Position numbers and translations under genes: made by a program
Shown: in pieces, positions 1-9,200 of the stretch
Layout: every line of letters starts with the position of its first letter
Numbering within the stretch: position 1 is the stretch's first letter
The notes under the pieces: model-generated
What the model was told of the DNA's origin: nothing
The model's database searches: none
The model's input: only the letters and a program-made list of their open reading frames with translations
Source: a virus
Virus genome (UHGV): UHGV-0320335
Direction: 5' to 3' (one strand)
DNA: 11,959 nt

Positions 1-108
1 AAGATACCCCGCGCTCAGTGTGGACTGATGTTCAGACGCCCATGCAGGCGCACCGGATACGGACAGACAGATGGCTGCGGACAAAATGGCTGCACAAACT
101 TTACGCAT
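1..108 (-). CDS. lom: Outer membrane protein Lom (Ail/Lom family), N-terminal 36 codons only; the rest of the gene lies beyond the window start
   Basis: Minus-strand ATG at 108 preceded by GAGAGG Shine-Dalgarno; translation MRKVCAAILSAAICLSVSGAPAWASEHQSTLSAGYL is a signal peptide plus mature N-terminus closely resembling lambda Lom as I recall it; located immediately downstream of J as in lambda. Confidence 0.8.
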   Translation of the reverse strand, partial: MRKVCAAILSAAICLSVSGAPAWASEHQSTLSAGYL

Positions 109-132
109 AATTACCTCTCGCTTTTCTGCAAT

Positions 133-156
133 AAAAAAGGCGCCATTTCTGGCGCC
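133..156 (-). terminator. Rho-independent terminator downstream of J
   Basis: Self-complementary GGCGCC (139-144) and GGCGCC (151-156) form a 6-bp GC stem with a 6-nt loop; on the minus strand the hairpin is followed by a run of 6 T (plus 133-138). Lies between the J stop (176) and lom start (108). Confidence 0.6.
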
Positions 157-175
157 CGTATATGGGTTATAAAAT

Positions 176-3100
176 TCAGCTGATACTGATGCCTGCGGTG
201 GCTTTCTTCATCACCACAACCAGCAAATCGCTGATACTTGCTGTGGGATACCAGTTATTCACCAGCCATGCTGACACCGAAAACTCCAGTGTCATGTGAC
301 CGTGACCGGCAGGCATATCAATAACACCACTGTAAATCAGCGTATTATCCAGCGCGGTACGGTTATAAATTTCAGCACCGTTTTTCCGCACTATCAGACG
401 GCATGAGGAGTAAATATCAGTATGCTCTTTCTCATGTTTAGCGCCGCTGAATGCCACCGCCGGAATAACAATCTGCCGGTCAAACGGCTGATCGTCATAA
501 ACCCTGACGGTAATGGTCCCTGATGGCCACCGCTCCGGTGCACGGGAGTCCCGGGGGAAAGCTTTGCCCACTGTTTTAACGAGATCGCCTTCAATCTGGT
601 TGGCGGACAGTTTTCCCAGAACCCGACAGTTTTCGTTAATCGTGACGTTGTTGAGCGTCCCGGAGTTCGCATTCACGTTACCGCTGATATCGGCATTTTT
701 CGCCGTCAGCCGCCCGTCCGGTGTCAGGGAAAATGCCGGAGGATTACCGCCACTGGTAATGGTGGGAGCCGTCAGGTATTTCAGGAACACTTCGTTCATG
801 AATATCTGATCGCCCTGACCAACAAACATCGGCTTTGTGTTGCCATTCGCAGGATTAATCATCGCAATCCGGTCAGCAGCCAGAAGCACCTGACTCTGCA
901 TACCTGCTGGCGTATTCTCAATACCGGCTCCGATACCCGCAATATAAAGGCGTCCGTCCTTCATCTGCTGCAGTTTCACGGCCCACATGCTGTTCAGGTT
1001 ATTATTTGTATCAACCTGAACTTTCTGTATCTGCTGGATTGCCGCGCTCTGATTTTCCAGTTTTTTATTGACGGTCTGCGTGATTTCATTGCTGACATTC
1101 GTAATGGACGTCCTGATTTCAGCCAGATCAGGCGCAAGCTGACCGTTATCAATCTGCGTCCACAACTCCTGAGCCAGATGGGTTTTCCCTATCTCTCCTT
1201 TGAAAAAATCCAGATAGCCGGATGCATCATCACTCGGCTGGCCAACAGCCTCCACAAATGCCGATTTGCCAACAGTATTCACACTGCGGATATAAAAATA
1301 ATAATCATGGCCCGGTTTGATATTGATACTGGCAGCTATCCAGTACAGCGCCGAGCCAAGATAGCGGGCTGCGGTTTCAACCTGCCTGATATCCGCAATC
1401 CGCTTTTCCGAGAACCAGAACTCAAACTGTACCGTCGGGTCATAAACGGCAAGATGCGGCGTGGCGGTTATCTGAAAATAGCCCGGCGTCAGCTCAATCC
1501 GCGACGGTGCTGCCGGTGCGGCAATCCGGAAGGTGGTGGTGGCAGGTTCACCCTGCTGGCCATAGCTGTTTATCGCCCGCACCGTCAGGGTGTATTCCCC
1601 GAGCGGCAGGCCGCTGAAACGGTGCTCCGTGTCTGCGGTGATGGCGGTGGTCACCAGTCTGGCATCCGTTCCCTTACCACTGGTCAGGCGCAGACTGAAG
1701 CGCACACCCTTCACCACCCGCGGCGTGTCCCATTTCGCCTGCGCCAGATACTGGCCGTCAGCTGCGCTCACCTCCACCGTCAGGTGCTGCACTGCCGGTG
1801 GGATGACGCTGTTCAGGGAACCTGACTGCGGCTCAAAGCGGGCACCGTTATCCACGATGGCTTCTTTTTCCGGTACGTGCTGCACCGCCGTGATGGCAAA
1901 GGTGCCGTCCGTGTTTTCCCGGACGGAGACACAGCGGAACAGGCGACGGCGCAGTGACGGCAGGGAGAGTCCCCACACCCCGTATGTCTCCACACCATCA
2001 GGCAGGGTACTGACCTGTATCCGGTCCGGCGCGGGGTGTTCGGTGATGTCCACACTCACCGGCTTACCGCTGCCGTTAATCAGGTTCACCGTGGCGGCAC
2101 CGGTCTCCGGAAGTGTCACTTCACGGTCCAGCGTCAGGGTGCGGGTGGCAGCATCAATGGACAGGACACGTCCGCCGGTCAGGGTCCCGGCATAGTCGTT
2201 ATCACAGATTTCAATGATGTCACCGGGTGTGTGCCGCAGCCCCTGAGACCCGAGCGTGAAATCCACCGTCTGCGTTTCCAGCAGTTCGGTCTTTATCACC
2301 CACAGTCCGGCACGGTGGGCCTGACCGCGGCTGGTACAGCCGAACGCGTCCATCTTCAGCAGGTTGCGTCCGTAGCGCAGTATGGCTTCCGGGTCTTCCA
2401 CCAGTTCCGTGGAGGTCTGCCAGCCGTTCTGCGGGTCGGTGTAATTCACCTCCACCGCCGTGTGCCGGTCCTTCAGGGCACTGAAGCTGTAGCGGAATCC
2501 CACGCCGTTATCATCCACCACCACATCGCTGTTGGTGTACGGCCACACCACATCCGACGGGCGGTCCTGAACGAACGTCAGCGTCTGACCGTTCCATACC
2601 GGCATACAGCGCATCGCAGAGCAGAAATCACTGAGAACGTCCCACGCCTTACGCTGTTGTGCCAGGTACGCATTAAAGGTCATCCGCGGCTCTGTCCCCC
2701 CGAAACCATCCGGGACCGTCTGGTCGCAGTACTGCCCGATGGCATACAGCGCCCACTTGTCCACATCCGCCGCCCCCAGACGTTTTCCCATGCCGTAGCG
2801 CGGGTGAGTCAGCATGTCCCACAGGCACCAGGCCGGGTTGTTGCTGTATGCTGGTTTCAGACTGCCGTCCCAGATACCACTGTACGTGCGTTTTTCCGGG
2901 TCATAGTTTGACGGCACCTGGATGATGCGACCGCGGATATGGTAGTTCACCGTCATCTGCTGGCCGCCGAACTGCTCCGCATCCACCTGCAGCCCCACAA
3001 TGGCCGTGTTCGGGTAGCACTGTTTCACATCGATGATTTCGGTGTATGACGACCACAGCGTCTTATTCTGCAGCTGGTCCGTGGTGCTGTCCGCCGTCTC

Positions 3101-3649
3101 CCTGACCATCCGGATGTTAAAGGGCCGGGGAGGCAGATTATCCAGAATCACCGAGGCCAGGAACTGTGAGGTGGTCTTGCCGTTAATGGTGACGTCCTTT
3201 TCCGTCACCCAGCGGCCATTACGCTGTAACTGAATCAGAATCCGGACAGAGGAAGGATTACGGTCGCCCTTTGACGTGGTCTGCACCAGTGACTGCACCC
3301 CGAAGGTAACCCGCAGGCGGTCAATGTTCGCGGACGTAATGGTGCGCGTCACCGGTTTTGCCTTCGTCACTTCCACGCCCAGTCCGGTTTCAGCTCCGGA
3401 GGACTCAAAGCCTTCCGGTGGTGTCTGCTCCTGCTCCCCGGCGCGCCAGACCGCCGTCACACCGTGTATCACGGGATTACCGTCCGTGTCCGTCAGCGGG
3501 GTTTTGTTCACCAGAATACTCTGCAGGCCTTTCACCGGGCCTTCTATCGGTCCCTCACCAATCGCATCAATCACGCTCATCATCTGCGTGGATTTGAGAT
3601 TGTCTTTCGCCTCACGCGGTGTGTGCGCCTTGCCGCCACCTTTGCCCAT
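176..3649 (-). CDS. J: Host specificity protein J (central tail fibre / tail tip protein), 1157 aa
   Basis: ORF translation begins [39 protein letters not shown], recognisably lambda gpJ-like along its length; AAGAGGTGA Shine-Dalgarno upstream of the ATG at 3649; last gene of the tail cluster as in lambda. Confidence 0.95.
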   Translation of the reverse strand: MGKGGGKAHTPREAKDNLKSTQMMSVIDAIGEGPIEGPVKGLQSILVNKTPLTDTDGNPVIHGVTAVWRAGEQEQTPPEGFESSGAETGLGVEVTKAKPVTRTITSANIDRLRVTFGVQSLVQTTSKGDRNPSSVRILIQLQRNGRWVTEKDVTINGKTTSQFLASVILDNLPPRPFNIRMVRETADSTTDQLQNKTLWSSYTEIIDVKQCYPNTAIVGLQVDAEQFGGQQMTVNYHIRGRIIQVPSNYDPEKRTYSGIWDGSLKPAYSNNPAWCLWDMLTHPRYGMGKRLGAADVDKWALYAIGQYCDQTVPDGFGGTEPRMTFNAYLAQQRKAWDVLSDFCSAMRCMPVWNGQTLTFVQDRPSDVVWPYTNSDVVVDDNGVGFRYSFSALKDRHTAVEVNYTDPQNGWQTSTELVEDPEAILRYGRNLLKMDAFGCTSRGQAHRAGLWVIKTELLETQTVDFTLGSQGLRHTPGDIIEICDNDYAGTLTGGRVLSIDAATRTLTLDREVTLPETGAATVNLINGSGKPVSVDITEHPAPDRIQVSTLPDGVETYGVWGLSLPSLRRRLFRCVSVRENTDGTFAITAVQHVPEKEAIVDNGARFEPQSGSLNSVIPPAVQHLTVEVSAADGQYLAQAKWDTPRVVKGVRFSLRLTSGKGTDARLVTTAITADTEHRFSGLPLGEYTLTVRAINSYGQQGEPATTTFRIAAPAAPSRIELTPGYFQITATPHLAVYDPTVQFEFWFSEKRIADIRQVETAARYLGSALYWIAASINIKPGHDYYFYIRSVNTVGKSAFVEAVGQPSDDASGYLDFFKGEIGKTHLAQELWTQIDNGQLAPDLAEIRTSITNVSNEITQTVNKKLENQSAAIQQIQKVQVDTNNNLNSMWAVKLQQMKDGRLYIAGIGAGIENTPAGMQSQVLLAADRIAMINPANGNTKPMFVGQGDQIFMNEVFLKYLTAPTITSGGNPPAFSLTPDGRLTAKNADISGNVNANSGTLNNVTINENCRVLGKLSANQIEGDLVKTVGKAFPRDSRAPERWPSGTITVRVYDDQPFDRQIVIPAVAFSGAKHEKEHTDIYSSCRLIVRKNGAEIYNRTALDNTLIYSGVIDMPAGHGHMTLEFSVSAWLVNNWYPTASISDLLVVVMKKATAGISIS

Positions 3650-3680
3650 TACATCACCTCTTACCGTGATAATTGTTCAC

Positions 3681-3714
3681 TCACAAAAACAACAGGCACC
3701 TCACCGGGTGCCTG
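3681..3714 (-). terminator. Terminator-like hairpin plus U-rich tract about 30 nt upstream of the J start codon
   Basis: Stem CAGGCACC (3693-3700) pairs with GGTGCCTG (3707-3714), 8 bp, 6-nt loop; on the minus strand it is followed by TTGTTTTTGTGA (plus 3681-3692). Confidence 0.4.
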
Positions 3715-3752
3715 CGTCATGACGGAATAAAATTTCTGAATATCTTCACATT

Positions 3753-3780
3753 TTCACACACTGACTGTGGCGCTTATAAT
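3753..3780 (+). promoter_or_regulatory. Candidate sigma70 promoter on the strand opposite the tail genes
   Basis: -35-like TTCACA (3753-3758), 16-nt spacer, perfect -10 TATAAT (3775-3780); AT-rich upstream region; TTCACA is tandemly duplicated (3745-3750 and 3753-3758). Confidence 0.3.
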
Positions 3781-3787
3781 TTCGCTG

Positions 3788-3884
3788 CGTTAGTGTTTTT
3801 TTGCCCGAGTAACAAAAACAACTCCTTCACATTGATCTTCATTTGTCTGTCCCCGCAGCTCCGCGATCACTGCGGGATTTTTTT
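3788..3884 (+). ncRNA. Candidate small RNA of about 100 nt in the I-J spacer, antisense to the tail operon; function unknown
   Basis: Bounded by the promoter-like element above and a plus-strand intrinsic terminator; no start codon with a ribosome-binding site inside. Prediction from sequence motifs only. Confidence 0.25.
3852..3884 (+). terminator. Rho-independent terminator on the plus strand
   Basis: Stem CCCGCAG (3852-3858) pairs with CTGCGGG (3870-3876), 7 bp, 11-nt loop, followed by A and a run of 7 T (3878-3884). The T-run is on the plus strand only, so it terminates plus-strand transcripts. Confidence 0.5.
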
Positions 3885-3889
3885 ATGTT

Positions 3890-4570
3890 TTATCCCTGTC
3901 GCCCGATAACCACGACCTTTCCGCCCCCGCCTTCATCACGGGTGCTGATGTCCTGGGATATACGGCGGGAGCCAACCAGCATTTCCCCGTAAGGCACCGG
4001 CATCGGGTTCCCCTGGGCAATCATGTTATCCAGCGAGGAAAAGTACGTGTTCTGTCTGCCGTTATCCGTTGCGCGGTAATCCGGTGTTTTTGCCTTCGGG
4101 GCCAGCATCTGGGCCACACCGCCCAGAATCATGCTGGCTCCAAGTGAAAACAGCATCGTGGTGGCAGAAAAACCACCGGCTGCCAGGGCTGAACCCCATA
4201 ACGCCATTGATGCCCCGGCAGTGAAGAAAGAGCCCACGATGGCTGCCGCCCCCAACACAATCTGCAGTCCACCCTTTCCGGCCCCGGCCAGTCGCGGCAC
4301 AATGTGGATGACCGTTCCCTCACCCAGCTGTTCGTGAAGGCGGGCGTACACCACCTCCGGTGCCGTGTCTTCACCGGCAATACGTATCTGGTACCAGCCT
4401 TCGTTCATCTGAAGGCGGAATCCCGGCATCTGCATCGACAGGGCACGGATGGCTTCCGCTGCCGTGTTCACATACAGGCTGAGGCGGCGGCCAAATCGTT
4501 GTAAATCCCCGTGAAGGCAGATGTGTGCCAGTGGCGGTGACGCCAGACAGAATGCGTTCGTCGTTGCCAT
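3890..4570 (-). CDS. I: Tail tip assembly protein I, 226 aa
   Basis: Translation MATTNAFCLASPPLAHICLHGDLQRFGRRL... with Gly/Ala-rich hydrophobic middle and C-terminal ...GGGGKVVVIGRQG, lambda gpI-like; position between K and J. Confidence 0.9.
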   Translation of the reverse strand: MATTNAFCLASPPLAHICLHGDLQRFGRRLSLYVNTAAEAIRALSMQMPGFRLQMNEGWYQIRIAGEDTAPEVVYARLHEQLGEGTVIHIVPRLAGAGKGGLQIVLGAAAIVGSFFTAGASMALWGSALAAGGFSATTMLFSLGASMILGGVAQMLAPKAKTPDYRATDNGRQNTYFSSLDNMIAQGNPMPVPYGEMLVGSRRISQDISTRDEGGGGKVVVIGRQG

Positions 4571-5211
4571 TTTTCGGAATACCTCTCCCGTTTACTCAGT
4601 TGTTCAGGAATATGGTGAAGCAGTTCACCGTTGCCGCAGTATATGGCGGCATGATTGGCCACCGATGCGCCAAAGCAGCACAGCAGGATATCGCCAGGCT
4701 GTGCGGAAGGCAGGGAAATCCTGTAAAAACCAGTCGCCTCCATATTGTCCAGGTACAGGTTCTGACCGTTGCGCCACCAGTCATCCTCACGCTCAAAATC
4801 CGGCATATCAATTCCCGCCAGATGGTAGGCATCCCGGAACAGCGTGTAACAGTCCGTCACCCCGTGCTCAAAGCGCCGTCCTGTCAGATGTGGCACACAG
4901 CGGAATTTATGAATTTCCCCCCGGCAGACCAGCCACCAGGACAGTGCACTTTTTATCTGCAGCCGCCGGTCGGCCTCGCTCAGCCAGGGCAGACCACCGG
5001 GATGACTGTGGACCAGTGCCACAATCTCCCCCTGCATCTCTGCCCGCAGCCAGTCTTCCGGTGCAATACGAAAATACGCCTCCGGCTCTGCAGAGATATT
5101 CACACAAGGGATATACCGCTCCCCCTCCTGCGTTCTCACCACGAAGCCGCACGACTCCGCAGGCACACACCGCCAGGCATGCGCCAGAATCGCTGATTCT
5201 GTCTGTGTCAT
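4468..5211 (-). CDS. K: Tail tip assembly protein K, with an N-terminal JAMM/MPN-like domain and a C-terminal NlpC/P60-like domain, 247 aa
   Basis: Translation MTQTESAILAHAWRCVPAESCGFVV...; contains HSHPGGLPWLSEAD (HxH-x7-S-x2-D JAMM motif) and downstream Cys (GVTDCYTLF) and His (NHAAIY, LLHH) consistent with an NlpC/P60 triad; start is 5 nt after the L stop; 3' end overlaps I by 103 nt in another frame. Confidence 0.9.
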   Translation of the reverse strand: MTQTESAILAHAWRCVPAESCGFVVRTQEGERYIPCVNISAEPEAYFRIAPEDWLRAEMQGEIVALVHSHPGGLPWLSEADRRLQIKSALSWWLVCRGEIHKFRCVPHLTGRRFEHGVTDCYTLFRDAYHLAGIDMPDFEREDDWWRNGQNLYLDNMEATGFYRISLPSAQPGDILLCCFGASVANHAAIYCGNGELLHHIPEQLSKRERYSEKWQRRTHSVWRHRHWHTSAFTGIYNDLAAASACM

Positions 5212-5216
5212 TGGAT

Positions 5217-5915
5217 TTACTGCGAAAGTTTGTTAATGGAAAGGAAACCGCCAAAATTGCCGACATTCCTGCGCAGTTCACACCCGCGCATGCACTTGCT
5301 GCATCTGTCCTTACGGATATCCGTGGTGGGGTTGTCGAACTCATCCGCCACCGCAGGACCGTTATACCCGCATTCATCTCCCCGGTAATCCCACATACAG
5401 GTGTTCGCCAGCATGATGCGACCGGGAAACAGCGCCCCGTCCGTCTCGGTCGGTGTGGCCAGCACAAACGAGGCCGTCATGGCTGTCAGCTGCGACATCT
5501 GCTCCACCACCCAGCGGTCACTCAGCTCCTGCTCCGGGTCCGCCTCCGGATTGCCCGCAACGAAATTCACCGCATCCAGAAAACGGGCATACACCCGGCG
5601 GCGGACCACCGTGGCCCCCACCAGACTCTGCAGGTCCTCCGCCATCCCGGTGACAAGGCCAAACAGATTGGACACCGTCAGCGACGGGCGGGCACTGCTG
5701 CCCCGGCCGTTCATCTCAAAGCCGCTGCCGTCAATCGGGTATGCCTCATACTTACGCCCCTGCCAGGTGACCGGCTCCCCTTTTTCATTCAGCTCATTAC
5801 AGAAAAAATACCGCTCACCGCCCTGTACCATCAGGTCGATTTCCCAGAGTACCACCCGCGGTGACTGCTCTGATTTAACCGACTCGTTCAGACTTTCTTC
5901 GTGAATATCCTGCAT
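5217..5915 (-). CDS. L: Minor tail (tail tip) protein L, 232 aa
   Basis: Translation MQDIHEESLNESVKSEQSPRVVLWEIDLMVQGGERYFFCNE..., lambda gpL-like; C-terminal four-Cys cluster (ECG...RCSKCMRGC); start codon overlaps the M stop (TGATG, sharing one base). Confidence 0.9.
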   Translation of the reverse strand: MQDIHEESLNESVKSEQSPRVVLWEIDLMVQGGERYFFCNELNEKGEPVTWQGRKYEAYPIDGSGFEMNGRGSSARPSLTVSNLFGLVTGMAEDLQSLVGATVVRRRVYARFLDAVNFVAGNPEADPEQELSDRWVVEQMSQLTAMTASFVLATPTETDGALFPGRIMLANTCMWDYRGDECGYNGPAVADEFDNPTTDIRKDRCSKCMRGCELRRNVGNFGGFLSINKLSQ

Positions 5916-6256
5916 CAGTTCACCACCTGCTCAATCGTACAACTGAAATCACTGTACCTGGCGTTATCTGTGACGCTCCACTCCCGGCATACCACCCTCA
6001 CCGTCCGGTTATGTTTCGGCGGTCGCCACAAAAAGGCACGGTAACCACCATGCCACGATAAAAACTCTTCCAGCCATCGCCGGGTCGCCTCATCCGTCAC
6101 CCGGAACACCGCCTGAAACGTCTTCAGTCGGGCATTAAGTCCCGTCGGGCGGCGCTGTTCATAACCGTCACCAAACCGTACCCTCGCCACCGACGGTTTC
6201 TCACTCACCTGCATCCCTTCACGCGGGACCAGATGCAGCGTTTTTATCTCAGCCAC
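5915..6256 (-). CDS. M: Minor tail protein M, 113 aa
   Basis: Translation MAEIKTLHLVPREGMQVSEKPSVARVRFGDGYEQRRPTGLN..., lambda gpM-like; start overlaps the H stop by 8 nt; synteny H-M-L. Confidence 0.9.
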   Translation of the reverse strand: MAEIKTLHLVPREGMQVSEKPSVARVRFGDGYEQRRPTGLNARLKTFQAVFRVTDEATRRWLEEFLSWHGGYRAFLWRPPKHNRTVRVVCREWSVTDNARYSDFSCTIEQVVN

Positions 6257-9200
6257 TCAGCATTCCTCCGTCACGTCGCATGGACAGCATCACCGCCTGC
6301 ACCCGCTGGTCAATCAGTTGCACAAGGCTGCCCGCAGCTTCCGGCCCTATCTGGCCATTAGTCCCGTCATTCTGAATGGCGATATGGTAGACCGGGGAAT
6401 ACACCAGACCTGCACTGCCGTTCATACTGCCCACCGCTCGCACACCCAGCGAGCCATCCGCCGCCCGGGTCAGGGGCATAATGGCTTCAGGACCGGCCTC
6501 CCCCATCAGTCCCGCCCCTTTTGCAAAGGCAAAGTACGTGGGCGTATCCACAATACTGTTGCTGTACGCACTCAGGTTTGCCGAGGTATACACCCCGCCT
6601 TTTGCATTGGCCACCGCACCGCCCAGCCAGCTACCAATACTGCCGATAAATCCTCCCGCTCCGGACATACTGTTTGCCGCCGTCTTGATCCCGTTGACAA
6701 TCGCGGCATTCATAAGAACTTTTGATATTTCCTGCAGCACTGATGAGGCCCAGCTGCGCCATTCCACTTTATTTCCGTTCAGCATCTCCGTGATGTTATT
6801 CACCATCCCTGAGATACCCTCCGTCGCCAGCTGTGCTGCCTGTGAGGCGTAATCGGACGCATTATCCACCCAGTTACTGAATCCCTCCTGCAGCCCTTTC
6901 TGCCAGTCCGCACGCTGCACATCCGATTCGGCATAAAAGGCTTCCTGCTCTTTCAGACGTTCACTCAGATACTGCGCGTTCTGTGCCAGAGCCTGTCTGT
7001 AAAAATCCTCACTGATATCCCCGGTCTGATACTGAGACTGAAGGTCCGCATCCTTCTGGCGGAAACTGTCGCGGATCTGCTGCAACTCCCGCATGCGTTC
7101 ACGGAGCCGCTCTCCCTGCCCGTACCCCAGCAGTTCCGCTTCATTTGATGCACGCGCAGCCACATTATCATTCTTCAGGGTCTCTTCCCGGGACCGCAAC
7201 TGCTCCCGGATTTTTTGCTGGTCAATCAGGGCCGCATTGCGCAGCAGTTCCTGCTTCTGCATCTCCGTCAGGGTTTTCAGTTCGCCCTGCGCAGTCTGGT
7301 ATTTCAGCTTCGCCAGCTCTGTATTCTGCCCCGCAAGTGCCAATTGCTCTTTCTGCTGCTTCAGCAGCCGGGAAAAACTGTCTTCCGCTTTTTCCGTCTC
7401 TGATTTTCCACCCCGGGATTTGGGTTTATTCGCCTCGTTATTGCGCCAGGCTTCCAGGGCATTACTGATATAACGTTGTCTCGCCTCCTGATACGGTTCA
7501 CCCACAAAACCGAGGTCATCCGCCGCATACCCCAGTCGGACACGCTCTTTTTCTTCCCCTTTCAGTCTGGACAGGGCCAGCTCACGCTCTGTTTTTGTCA
7601 GGGCACTCTGCTGTTTATCATCCAGAGTGGCCTGTGGCAGCCGTAACGGCACATTCACCAGTCCCTGCCGCTGCTGAAGCAGTTCATTACCCAGCCCCAG
7701 CAGACGGTTGAATTCCGTATGCTGACCGTTCATAACCAGCATGGACTGGTACACCTTATTCTGCTCTGCCGCCTGCTGACGAATTAACGCCACACGACGG
7801 TCTTCCAGCCCGGCAAGCACATCCTGAATGGACTGCGCTTTTTCCTGCATCTGTGCCAGACGGGACTGCTCAACGGCAAGCTGCTCTGTTGCCTGAGAAA
7901 GCCCTTCCGTCACGGTCTTCACCGATGTCAGATGGTTTATCATGAATCCGTCACCGGTTGTCCAGCCAGGGTTAGCCAGAACATACTGATATCCAGCGAT
8001 TTTTTCCTGCAGGGATTTCACCCGGCTGGCCTGTTCATCAATCAGCCGGTTCTGCTCTGCCAGCGCCGCCCGTGTTCGTCCTTCATTATCTGAGGCTTCA
8101 GGCAAAGACATTGACAGCGTTTTATGCGCGATTTCATCTATCGTCAGTGCATACTGGCGCGCTGACTCCCTGGCCTGCTCCTGATTCTGGTACAGCGTAT
8201 ACCATGCTGCTGCCCCCAGCATCACCAGTCCGGGTACGCCACCAACCAGTCCCAACGCACCAGTCATCAGACGTGAGCCCACCGCCGTTGTACTGTTCAG
8301 CGCATTCTGGGCTGCGGTTCTGGCAGCAATATTTCTGTTCAGGCGTTCCTGTGTGGCCGCCAGACGGGCTTCTGCAGCAATCTGCATCTCCGTCCCGCGG
8401 GCTGCCGCCACAGCCTGCTGTGCACAGTACACGGCTGCCCTTGCCCGCGCCGTGGCAATCTGCGTCCCCCTGAGCTGTGCTTCCGCCAGTGCCACTTCAT
8501 TACGTGCTGCCGTCACAAGTCCTGCCGTGGCAGACACCGCTCCGGAGGCCATATTGCCAAAGTACCGGGCAACCCCGACGGCAACCAGCGCCCCAGCGGC
8601 TGTTGCCACATTATCAATATTACCGGCAACACCGTTCAGCACGCCGGAGAGCGTTTTCGTCGCTCCGCTGGCTTCATTCGCGCCACCCACCCAGGCCATA
8701 AAGGCGTTTTCCACCTTTGTGATCCCGTCAGAGACCGTTTCCGGCATGGCGGCATATTCATCACGCAATACCCCCAGCTGGCTGATTAACGCAGGAACGA
8801 CTTTATCCGCCGTCAGTTTGCCGTCGTCCGCCATCGCCTTAAGGTCTTTACGGGCCACGCCCATACCCGCAGCCAGTGCACGTACGATCCGGTCTCCGCT
8901 TTCATTGACCGAATTAAATTCCTCACCGCGTAACACACCCTGTGCCAGCGCCTGGCTGAACTGGGTGATCACCGAGCCCGCCTCTGCCGTACTGGCACCG
9001 GAGATTTTCAGCCCCGTGGAAATGGCCTCCGTCACCTTCAGCACATCATCAGCACTGTAACCATATTCACGCATTGAGGCTGCCGAGCGGGCAAACAGGG
9101 CCGCATTATCTGAAAATGCCGTGCCCGTCCGCTGGCTGATATCCATCAGCACTTTCTGTGATGACGAAAATTCATCGGATGACTGCGACGCCTGTTTCAG

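Noticed and set aside
2036-2911. 291-aa plus-strand ORF, and similar plus-strand ORFs at 1178..1825 and 1590..2195
   Set aside because: Lie entirely inside J on the opposite strand; Arg/His/Gly-rich composition; no independent support.
3745-3758. Tandem TTCACA-TT-TTCACA as an operator or iteron
   Set aside because: Only two short copies; more simply explained as part of an AT-rich promoter region. Mentioned within the promoter feature only.
3673-3909. 78-aa plus-strand ORF in the I-J spacer as a small protein gene
   Set aside because: No in-frame start codon with a ribosome-binding site downstream of the predicted promoter; the region is better explained as a non-coding transcript with terminator.
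4521-5864. 447-aa plus-strand ORF, and the overlapping 223-aa plus-strand ORF at 4525..5196
   Set aside because: Antisense to the well-supported K and L genes; Pro/Arg/Ser/Ala-rich low-complexity translation typical of the antisense frame of GC-rich coding DNA; no ribosome-binding site.
8353-9060. 235-aa plus-strand ORF, and others at 9409..10179 and 9627..10076
   Set aside because: Antisense to the tape measure, G-T and G genes; Ala/Ser/Pro-rich low-complexity; product of antisense reading of Ala/Gln-rich coding sequence.
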